From: an uncultured Chloroflexia bacterium
GTDB taxonomy: Bacteria; Chloroflexota; Anaerolineae; Anaerolineales; Anaerolineaceae
Reading direction: 5' to 3'
DNA length: 32,000 nucleotides
NCBI GenBank assembly: GCA_963704755.1
Contig: OY969938.1
Location: 3,780,001-3,812,000 of the forward strand
The position numbers and the translations under genes were made by a program. The notes beneath the pieces were generated by a model. That model was not told the DNA's origin and searched no databases. It saw nothing but the letters and a program-made list of their open reading frames with translations. Position 1 is the first letter of the stretch; each line of letters opens with the position of its first letter. Shown piece after piece: positions 17,075 through 24,693 of the stretch.

Positions 17075-17659
17075 TTATCTCTTCCTTCGCCGCGAACCGG
17101 GACGCAGCAGGAGCAGCAGGGTCGCGACCTGCCAGACCCAGGCATATTCTCCCGGCCCGCCCGGGCCGGTGCGGGCGGTGGTGCGGCGGATGCGCACGGC
17201 GCGATAGTCGGCCGTAATTTTGTCCAGGTCCTCGTTGCTCAGTTTATCGATCTCGATGCCAAAAGCTCGGCCAGCAAATCCACTGGCCTTGATGACCTTA
17301 CGACTGATGTCCAGACGCTGTGCGGGATCGAAGATTTCTTCGGCCAGACCGGCCCACCAGCCGTTCGGCAGCCAGATTTCCACCTGGGGATTGGCCTGGA
17401 TGTTCTTGAACCAATCCGACACGGCTCCGAACCCGGCGATGCAGTAAATATCGCCGTTGACGGAGGTATAGTTCACCGGAGTCCGCCGGCGTTTGCCGCT
17501 CTTGCGCCCGGTGTGGACCAGGACCATAATCCGTCCCCCGACCTCGGGCCAGGCGTTCAGCGTTTTCCCCAGCCCGACCATCCACATGCCCAACATGAAC
17601 TTGTTGAAGTTGTGGAAAATCTGGCGGTAGGTTTTGGCTTTTTCAGCCGTCATATTCAT
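17075..17659 (-). CDS. Deazaflavin (F420)-dependent nitroreductase-family oxidoreductase (DDN-like)
   Basis: VLVHTGRKSGKRRRTPVNYTSVNGDIYCIAGFGAVSDWFKNIQANPQVEIWL matches the F420H2-dependent quinone reductase fold family signature. GGGAGGGA lies upstream. The last codons run into a dispersed repeat. Confidence 0.75.
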   Translation of the reverse strand: MNMTAEKAKTYRQIFHNFNKFMLGMWMVGLGKTLNAWPEVGGRIMVLVHTGRKSGKRRRTPVNYTSVNGDIYCIAGFGAVSDWFKNIQANPQVEIWLPNGWWAGLAEEIFDPAQRLDISRKVIKASGFAGRAFGIEIDKLSNEDLDKITADYRAVRIRRTTARTGPGGPGEYAWVWQVATLLLLLRPGSRRRKR

Positions 17660-17722
17660 GGCTCCCTCCCTTACACAAATCCCGGGCGATTATTCCCTGG
17701 GACGAATGCTGGCTAAATCGGG

Positions 17723-19412
17723 TCACCCGGTCTGTTGGGTCATTTTTTCTTGAAGATATTTCTCGCGGTTGGCGCCGCGGGCGGTCTTACCGCTGCTGGT
17801 TTTGATCAGCCAGCCGGAATCGACCAGGTACACATGCCGCAGAGCAATGGCCGAACCCTGGCTGACCACCCGCCGGACCTGGTCGGCAATTTGCTCACGC
17901 CCGGCCGCTTCTTCGTTTTCGACCTCGGCAACCAGGTAGGCTTCTTCGGTGCCGCTGTCCTCGTTAAAATATACCAAAGGCAACTGCCCGCCCGGGGTGG
18001 ATTCCGGGCACATTCATGGCCAGGGCTTCGATATCCTGGGGGTAAATATTCTTGCCGCCCACGATAATCAGGTCCTTCTTGCGCCCGGTGACAAAGACCT
18101 CGCCACCGGCCAGGTAGCCGTAGTCACCGGTCAGGTACCAGCCGTCCCGAAAAGCCTTTTCGGTCGCGTCCGGGCGGTGGTAGTAGCCGCTGAGCATACA
18201 ATTCGAGCGCAAAGCCAGCTCGCCGATGGCCCGTTCAGGCAGGGGGTTGCCTTGTGGATCGACCACTTTGACCTCGACGTTCGCGATCGGCCGACCGGCC
18301 GAAACCATGTGGACTCTTGGGCGGCCGTCGTTAGCCGGCTGGGCCAGGCGGGCGGTTTGCAGGCTTTCGCGGTCCACCAGGTCGATGGCCAACGGCGAAG
18401 AAATGCCCCCCTGGGTGACGGCAAAGACATTTTCGGCCATGGCGTAGGAGGTGCAAATCGCCTGCGGCTTGAGGCCGTAAGGTGTAAAACGATCCAAGAA
18501 GGCTTGCAGGCTCTCGTAGCGGATCGGCTCGGAGCAGTCGATTACGGCCCGCCAGGAGGACAGGTCCACCCCTTCCAGGTCGCGATCACGGGTCTTTTGA
18601 GCGCAAAATGTGTAGGCAAAATTGGGCAGCCAGGTAAGGGTGCCGTGGTAGCGCGAAACCGCCTGCATCAGCCGGGCCGGCGCGCGGACCCAATCGAAGG
18701 GTGACATCAGCACCAGGGGAATGTGCAGCAGGATGGGCAGGAGGAAGCCGGCGATCAGTCCCATGTCGTGGTAGAGCGGCAGCCAGCTCACGATCACGTC
18801 CTGCGAATCGAGCGCCAGCGCAGCGGAATAGCTTTTCAACTGCCGCAACACAGCCTGGTGGGAAAGCGCGACGCCTTTTTGCAAACCGGTGGTGCCGGAG
18901 GAATGCTGCAACAGGACGATATCGTCCGGCTGGCGCTGTAAGCCGGGCAGGGTGGAGAAATCCGGGTCACAAGGCGGTTGGGCCTGGCTGCTGAGCAGTA
19001 CCGCGCGGACTGAATCGCCCGGATGGAGGGCGGCTCGGACTTCGCTTTCGAATTCGGGGTAAGTGACAATGGCAGCCGGCTGGGTGACCTGGACCAGAGC
19101 GGCCAGGTCGGACCGGTAACGCTCCGGCAGCAGCTTTTCGGTCAAAAAGGGCATGATCGAGGGGATGGCCCCGTGCAGAATAGCGCCAAAATAGGCAAAA
19201 ACCTGGTCGGAGCTGTGCTGCAGGATTAGAACCACCACCTCACCCGGGCGGACGCCGGCCTGGGCGTAAGTCTGCTGCCAGCCGGCAGCTCCGCGCAGTA
19301 ATTCAGTGGTCGTGATGGCCTGGTCGGGCTTACCGGACTGGAGCAGGTGTAAAGCGACCTGGTCGGCCCGCTCTTGCCAGGCGGATTGGAGGATGTGTGA
19401 GAATGTGGTCAT
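17723..19412 (-). pseudogene. AMP-dependent synthetase/ligase (fatty-acyl-AMP ligase-like), interrupted by a +1 frameshift
   Basis: Track ORFs 17964-19412 and 17723-18013 are the N- and C-parts of one adenylate-forming enzyme (LQHSSGTTGLQKGV; ...GRAVAFGIF* then NEDSGTEEAYLVAEVE...SGKTARG). Removing one T from the minus-strand TTTT run (plus AAAA 17966-17969) restores ...AFGIFNEDSGTEE... as 563 codons. Confidence 0.8.
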
Positions 19413-19584
19413 AGGCTTTCGAAGGATCCTTCGAAGTGGATTGTGACTTTAGTGTACTTAAGCTTGCAGGTTTGGTCAATGCGAAAGATTCACCCGTTGG
19501 AGCATTGCAATGCGGTATTTCTTTAGAGCGAAATGGGACAGAAACAGCGGACAGACCCTGCCTTGCAAGGCAGGAATAAGGCAA

Positions 19585-19613
19585 TCGACCTGTATTTGTG
19601 GGTGGTGTATAAT
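19585..19613 (+). promoter_or_regulatory. Candidate promoter TCGACC-N17-TATAAT for the 19649 lipoprotein gene
   Basis: TATAAT at 19608-19613, TCGACC at 19585-19590, about 35 nt upstream of the ATG. Sequence match only. Confidence 0.3.
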
Positions 19614-19648
19614 CCGCCTGATGGTATTTTTTACCGGATAGGAAAAAA

Positions 19649-20647
19649 ATGAAGACAAAAATCCCAGTAATCCTGACATTCACAATGCTGCTTTCGGTGA
19701 CCATCCTGAGCGCTTGCCAGGCAGCCGGGCAAGTTTCAGCCGGTAGCAAAAATACAACCGCGGTCGCGACACCGGCGGCCGGCCGGGAGACAGCCTCCGA
19801 GCAGCCAACCCTAACGTCGTTTTCCACCCAGGCGCCAACTCTTGATCCGACCACTGCCTCCACCGCCACACCGGACCTGCGCCTGGACCCGAACGATTGG
19901 CGTACCTGGCCGATCGTGCCGACCTTCAGCGAACGCGCCAAAGAGATTTACCAGCAGGGCCTGGCCATGGGGACCAATCCGCAGGCATTCTCGAAAATCG
20001 GCGACTGCCAGACGATCAATGCGGCTTTTTTTGGTATTTATGCCCGGCCTGGTGAGTACGGCTTCCCGAAAGGGTATGGCTATTTACAAGATACGATCGA
20101 TTATTATGGCACCGACCAGTTTGGCCGAGAGAGCATCGCCGTCCGGCCGGGGTTTGTGGCTTCCTCGGTTTTGAGTAGTTTTGTGCAATTAGACCCAAAT
20201 GTATGCAACCAGGGGGAAACACCTTTGCAATGCGAATTACGCGTTAATCGCCCTTCGGTGGTATTCATCAACATGGAATATTGGTTCCAGGGAAGATCGC
20301 CTGATTCGTACAGTAATTACATGCGCCAGATTATCGAATATTCGATCTCTCAGGGCGCTGTGCCAATCTTGATCACCAAGGCCGACAACGTCGAGGGTGA
20401 TAACAGCATCAACCGCGCCACGGCGCAACTGGCCTATGATTACGATCTGCCCCTGTGGAACTTCTGGCGTGCGGTCCAGCCGCTGCCGGCTCATGGCATG
20501 GATATGGAACGCAACGACGGGTTCCACATCAGCGTGGCCGGGTGGAACATGCGCAGTTTTACCGGGCTGGAAGTGCTGGATGCCTTCCGCAAGGCCGTGG
20601 CCGGATACACGCCCACGGATGTGCCTCTGTCTACGCCGCTGGGTTGA
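19649..20647 (+). CDS. Secreted lipoprotein, SGNH/GDSL-like hydrolase fold candidate
   Basis: Signal peptide with lipobox (TILSAC) and a Thr/Pro-rich linker. It has a block-I-like KIGDCQT and a C-terminal NDGFHIS (DxxH-like). The fold assignment is tentative. Confidence 0.5.
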   Translation: MKTKIPVILTFTMLLSVTILSACQAAGQVSAGSKNTTAVATPAAGRETASEQPTLTSFSTQAPTLDPTTASTATPDLRLDPNDWRTWPIVPTFSERAKEIYQQGLAMGTNPQAFSKIGDCQTINAAFFGIYARPGEYGFPKGYGYLQDTIDYYGTDQFGRESIAVRPGFVASSVLSSFVQLDPNVCNQGETPLQCELRVNRPSVVFINMEYWFQGRSPDSYSNYMRQIIEYSISQGAVPILITKADNVEGDNSINRATAQLAYDYDLPLWNFWRAVQPLPAHGMDMERNDGFHISVAGWNMRSFTGLEVLDAFRKAVAGYTPTDVPLSTPLG

Positions 20648-20940
20648 AGAATGAGATCAAGCAAAGAGGAAGAGATTTCACCGCAGAGGTGCTGAGAGCA
20701 CGGAGAAGAATATTTAAGAGGGTGTAGGCTCTTCCCTCCAAATCGGGTTTTGATTTGGGGGGAAGGGGGGCAAGGCGTCGGTTTTATCAGCCAACGGGCT
20801 GGCAGATCGGCGTTTTTTGCCTCCTCCTAACCTCCCCCAAAATCCAAAACCAGGATTTTAGGGGAGGGATTAAGCTCTTCCCTCCAAATTGATTTGGGCT
20901 TGCCTCAGATAAGTGGACAGGATTAAAAGGAGAAATTACT

Positions 20941-21546
20941 CTATAGAATCCCCTGGACGAGCTGATATATTCCGAAGCCGAACAGCGCCAGCGCGGAAAG
21001 GCCGATGAGGGCCCGGTTGACCTTGGGGCCAAACTGGCGGGCAGCGCTGAACAGCACCACGATCAGGATGGTACAGCCGATCATTGTGGCGTAGAAACTG
21101 AGGATGAAGGCCAGCCCGTGACCTGGTTTTTCGGACCAGCCGCGGATCAAGACCGGGCCGGCCAGCAGGCTCCAGAACAGGTATGGGCCGGGGCTGAGGA
21201 AGTTCATCGCGACGGCCTGGAGCAGGGATTTTTGCTGTTCGGAGTTGCCGGCGGCAGCCTGGGAATGAAAATTGCGCCAGGCTTGAAAGGATTTCCAGGC
21301 CAGGAAGATCACGAAGCCACCGCCCACGATGCGGATAATGCGTAAAAAGCCATCCGGCAGGTTGGTGAGCAGAAACAGCATCAGGGCGATGATCGGCCCA
21401 TCGCTGATCAAGGGCGCCATGGTCGGTAGGAGCGTGCGGCGCCAGCCCAGTCGCAGCGAATGGCCGATAAGATAAGCCTGTAACGGTCCCGGCGTAGCGG
21501 CAGCGGACAGGCCCAGGGTGATGCCTTGCAATAGGTATGCGAACAT
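20941..21546 (-). CDS. LysE/RhtB-family amino-acid exporter
   Basis: MFAYLLQGITLGLSAAATPGPLQAYLIGHSL... is the typical LysE N-terminal motif. About 6 TM segments, 201 aa. Confidence 0.85.
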   Translation of the reverse strand: MFAYLLQGITLGLSAAATPGPLQAYLIGHSLRLGWRRTLLPTMAPLISDGPIIALMLFLLTNLPDGFLRIIRIVGGGFVIFLAWKSFQAWRNFHSQAAAGNSEQQKSLLQAVAMNFLSPGPYLFWSLLAGPVLIRGWSEKPGHGLAFILSFYATMIGCTILIVVLFSAARQFGPKVNRALIGLSALALFGFGIYQLVQGIL

Positions 21547-21589
21547 TAAATTCTAGAATAAATTGGGTGTGGTTGTGGGTGAATGGGTG

Positions 21590-21940
21590 TAAGTATAATG
21601 CGAAATCTGCCGCAGAGAAGAAGAGAAGGAAAAAACTCGTAGGGGGCGGAGAACAAGAAAATTCACCGCGGAGGCGCAGAGCACGCAGAGAAGGAAAGAA
21701 AAAAAGGAAGAAATTAACCACAGAGCACACAGAGTTCACAGAGAAAAGAAAGAGAAGAAGAGAAAATATTTAGAAAGAGCGCCGTCGTAGGGTGCGTTTT
21801 AGGGCTGACTTTCCCGGCGCCGGCGAACCACCAGCCCATTTGCCCACAGCTGCATGCCCGGAACGCACCATCGCGGTGCCGACTTTACAAATAAAACCAC
21901 GGAGCAGACAGAGAAAAGAAAGAAAAGATGAGAAGAAAAT
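21590..21940. repeat. Purine-rich CACRGAG-type dispersed repeats (3-4 copies) flanking a degenerate inverted copy of the 103-bp unit (21782-21886)
   Basis: Copies include TTCACCGCGGAGGCGCAGAGCACGCAGAGAAGGAAAG, TAACCACAGAGCACACAGAGTTCACAGAGAAAAGAAAG and AAACCACGGAGCAGACAGAGAAAAGAAAG. Related copies occur at 14640-14690, 20678-20712 and 29029-29060. Confidence 0.6.
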
Positions 21941-22065
21941 TAGGTTCATCGAATGAACGGTGGCTCAAGGTCACCCACCATCTTGAGGCCTGGCCTTTTC
22001 CGAATTCGAAATGTCTCATTGGATGGGGTTGAAATAGCACGACATCCGTGTTATTATATTATTCG

Positions 22066-22359
22066 ATGATCAAATCTTTTGCCGATCGTGGAACGGAAAA
22101 TGTCTTTTACGGTGAAACTACCCAATTCGCCCGAAAGGTTTGTCCCACGAACTTATGGCAAATTGCCCGGAGGAAGCTGGATATGATCAATTCGGCAACC
22201 ATTTTGGCCGATTTACGGATTCCTCCAGGCAACCATTTGGAATCTCTAACGGGAGATCGAAAAGGTCAGTACAGCATTCGTATAAACGATAAATATCGTA
22301 TATGTTTTGTCTGGACCGGCACGGATGCTGAACGTGTTGAAATTTGTGATTACCATTAG
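22066..22359 (+). CDS. higB: HigB-type (RelE-superfamily) toxin, 'plasmid maintenance system killer'
   Basis: Start moved to ATG 22066. MIKSFADRGTENVFYG...LESLTGDRKGQYSIRINDKYRICFVWTGTDAERVEICDYH matches the HigB pattern (MIKSF..., GDRKG.WS.R.N..WR..F, DYH end). Confidence 0.88.
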   Translation: MIKSFADRGTENVFYGETTQFARKVCPTNLWQIARRKLDMINSATILADLRIPPGNHLESLTGDRKGQYSIRINDKYRICFVWTGTDAERVEICDYH

Positions 22360-22441
22360 TTTAGATAATCACAAATAATTTGGCCGTCTATAGAACGGAA
22401 TAATTGAAGCGGAGATCCGTTTCAACCTTTTGGAGAGTGTT

Positions 22442-22750
22442 ATGATCCGCGTACCTGCTTTACGTACGCCAACGCATCCAGGAGAAATGCTCCTGGAAGA
22501 GTTTTTGAACCCAATGGGTTTAACCCAACGAGACCTGGCAGACGGTATTCAGGTCCCTTACCAGCGCATCAACGACATTGTCAACGGCCGGCGGGGCATC
22601 ACACCCAGCACCGCTCTGCGCCTGTCCAGGTTTTTTGGCACCTCGGTTGATTTTTGGATGAACCTTCAGTTGCGCTGGGATTTGTATTTTGCCAAAAAGA
22701 AAGAAGAAAAAATCCTGGAGGAAATCCAGCCCCATACATTGGAGCATTGA
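22442..22750 (+). CDS. higA: HigA-type antitoxin (XRE-family HTH)
   Basis: Start moved to ATG 22442. HPGEMLLEEFLNPMGLTQRDLADGIQVPYQRINDIVNGRRGITPSTALRLSRFFGTSVDFWMNLQ is the canonical HigA sequence. It lies downstream of the toxin, the reversed order typical of hig loci. Confidence 0.9.
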   Translation: MIRVPALRTPTHPGEMLLEEFLNPMGLTQRDLADGIQVPYQRINDIVNGRRGITPSTALRLSRFFGTSVDFWMNLQLRWDLYFAKKKEEKILEEIQPHTLEH

Positions 22751-22792
22751 TTCATTGTTAAATTGTAACAACTCAGGCCTATGTTAGAAACG

Positions 22793-22849
22793 CCCCGAAT
22801 TTGAGGTGTTTGCGGGAGCGAAGCTCCCGCAAACACCTCAAATTCGGGG
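22793..22849. repeat. Perfect 27-bp-stem inverted repeat between higA and the SGNH gene
   Basis: CCCCGAATTTGAGGTGTTTGCGGGAGC-GAA-GCTCCCGCAAACACCTCAAATTCGGGG. No flanking U-tract. Same family as 306-352 and 8547-8587. Confidence 0.75.
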
Positions 22850-22879
22850 ATTATGTTGAGCAGTTAGGTTAAGTTTATT

Positions 22880-23990
22880 TTATGGACAAACCGTGGCAAA
22901 TAATTTCGCCGCGACGGTTTTGGCCAGCAGCGATACGCCGAAAGGAGTCATGTGGATAGCGCTGTTGGTGAATTCGCTTTCCGGCACAATGTTCCAGGCG
23001 TCCAGGTAATCCCAGCCGTTTTGATCGGCAGCCTGGTCGAGCTGCTGGCGGTATTGGTCGTAAGCCCAGCGCGGATAGTAAAAGTTGTAGCGCACGTCGC
23101 TGTTTTGCCCGCCGCTGACCAGGATCGGCTCGTTAACCAGCAGGATGGGGGTATCGCCGGCGATCTTCCAGCCGTCTCTGAGCACGTCCCAAGCCAGGTC
23201 AGTCAGGGTCCAGGTTAGGGCCAGCTTTATCGTCGAAGGAACTGTCGGCGTCCAGATCGCGGGCGGCCGGGGTGTAATCCTGCGGGTAGAGTTGGTCGAT
23301 GCCGGTAGCGCTCCACAGCGGACCATAAATCTGTAAACGGATCAAATCGGCTAACGAGCGGCGTTCGCCTACGAGGGTGCGCTGCCAGAAATCGGGCAAC
23401 TGTTCCGGGCTCAGGTCCAGGCCCAGGCTGTATTGGCGGTCCAGGGCCTGGATGCGGACCGGGTTGTTCAGCACCAGGGGCGACTCGAGCTGGCGGTCCC
23501 TGGGAAAGGATTCCAGAGACACCGGCCAGAGGATCAAATCGGGCTGGTAGCGCATGGCTTCCTGTAAGATCATAACGTCTTTGGTCAGCGAGAGGGTGGG
23601 GTAGCCCAGGTTGTAGAACTTCATCGTCTTACCGTCGCAGGAAGCCAGGTGGAGCGCATCGAGCTGGCCGGCCAGGGTCTCTTCTGGCGTGAGCAGGGTG
23701 CCCCAGGTGGATGAATCGCCGATGACCACCACCCGGAATTCCTGGGCTGACTTGGGCGTGCCGTTCAGCGCCAGGGATTGGAACATGGCTTCCAGGTTGT
23801 ACAGGCTGAAATTGTAGGTATCCTGGGGGTCCTCCCCGAAGGGAAAGCGCGGCCGGCCTTTGAAGAGCAGGTTATACAGGCTGACTTTACCCAGGCCGTC
23901 CAGGGGATAGACGGCGGCGAAGGCAAAATTGGCCACCAGCAGCAGCACCAGCGCTTTGAGCAGGACGTTCCGCAGGAACCGAAAATCCAT
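22880..23990 (-). pseudogene. SGNH-hydrolase acyltransferase partner of the MBOAT (DltD/AlgJ-X/PatB-like), disrupted by a 4-bp tandem duplication
   Basis: Track ORFs 23199-24008 and 22880-23326 are two halves of one gene. It has an N-terminal anchor, VVIGDSSTWG (block I), LLVNEPIL and NSAIHMT (catalytic His block). On the minus strand CCC-TGAC-TGAC-CTGG (plus GTCAGTCA 23198-23205) creates the TGA stop. Deleting one TGAC gives ...NLDPDLAWDVLRDGW... in frame. The likely start is ATG 23990 (MDFRFL), 2 nt after the upstream stop. Confidence 0.8.
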
Positions 23991-23992
23991 AG

Positions 23993-24386
23993 TTATTGCT
24001 GCCCGCACACCAGCCAGTCGGAGCCCTGTTTGACCACCTCGTAGGTAAACCGGCTGAGGTCGAGGGTAGTGTCTTCGTTATCGTAGGTGCTGATGATGCT
24101 GCCCTTGCAATTGACCAGGGTCTTGTCGCCGTCGGTGCCGCTGACCGAGCAGGTGACATCCATCCAGGCGGGCCGTCACGGCGGCAAAGGAATCCAACTG
24201 CATGGTCGCCTGCGATTCCCAGTCGGCGCAGGACAGGGTGGAGAGGTCCGCGTCATTCTTGGTGACCAGCGCGTTGAGATACTTCTCGACGACCGTGGTT
24301 GCACCGCTGTCACTCGATTTGGAGCAGGAAGCCAGCAGCAGGCTGGACAGGATCAGCAGGAAAATCAGGGTTTTCGATCTCATCAA
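23993..24386 (-). pseudogene. Small lipoprotein of the acylation operon, disrupted by a 4-bp tandem duplication
   Basis: Signal peptide with lipobox LLLASC. The track ORF (24078-24386) ends in a His/Arg/Gln-rich nonsense tail. On the minus strand CTG-GATG-GATG-TCACC (plus CATCCATC 24157-24164) is the lesion. Removing one GATG gives ...ARLDVTCSVSGTDGDKTLVNCKGSIISTYDNEDTTLDLSRFTYEVVKQGSDWLVCGQQ*, stopping at 23993-23995. Confidence 0.75.
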
Positions 24387-24458
24387 GTTCTCCTTGGAGG
24401 GAAGGGGGATGGTTTATGCGTGTATTTTAGCTTAATCATGAGGGAAGTGATGATGGTT

Positions 24459-24693
24459 GGGAATAAGAGAATAGAGAATAGAGAAGAGAGAAGAGTTGAG
24501 AAGTTGATCAGTCGATAAGGCGACAAGGGAAAACCTGCTCCAGTTGCAACTCATTTGGCCCTTTGCATTGTTGACGGATAACCTCGTTATCAAAATACTA
24601 TCTTCCAATCGCCAATTGTTCTTCCCTCATCTCCTCATCGACTTGTTGCCTCGTTGCCCAATCACTAATTTCTATTCTCTATTCTCTTCCCCC
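24459..24693. repeat. MITE-like imperfect inverted-repeat element of the TAGAGAATAGAGAA family
   Basis: The left arm GGGAATAAGAGAATAGAGAATAGAGAAGAG...GTCGATAAGGCG pairs with the right arm CTCATCGACTTGTTGCC...TTCTATTCTCTATTCTCTTCC. TCTATTCTCTATTCTCTT is an exact 18-mer match to the reverse complement of the left arm. The element abuts the MBOAT stop codon. Confidence 0.7.

Noticed and set aside
20731-20898. CCAAAT/ATTTGG hairpins (20731-20765, 20831-20867, partial 20874-20898) as a distinct mobile element
   Set aside because: They are real imperfect hairpins between convergent genes and probably act as terminator-like structures. I could not find copies elsewhere in the window, so I do not call them a repeat family or mobile element.
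20936-21773. ORF 20936-21739 (-) overlapping lysE, and the highly basic ORF 21537-21773 (+)
   Set aside because: The first is an alternative frame of the well-supported LysE gene, extended into the repeat block. The second is a translation of the purine-rich repeats (K/R/E runs) and shows no start context.
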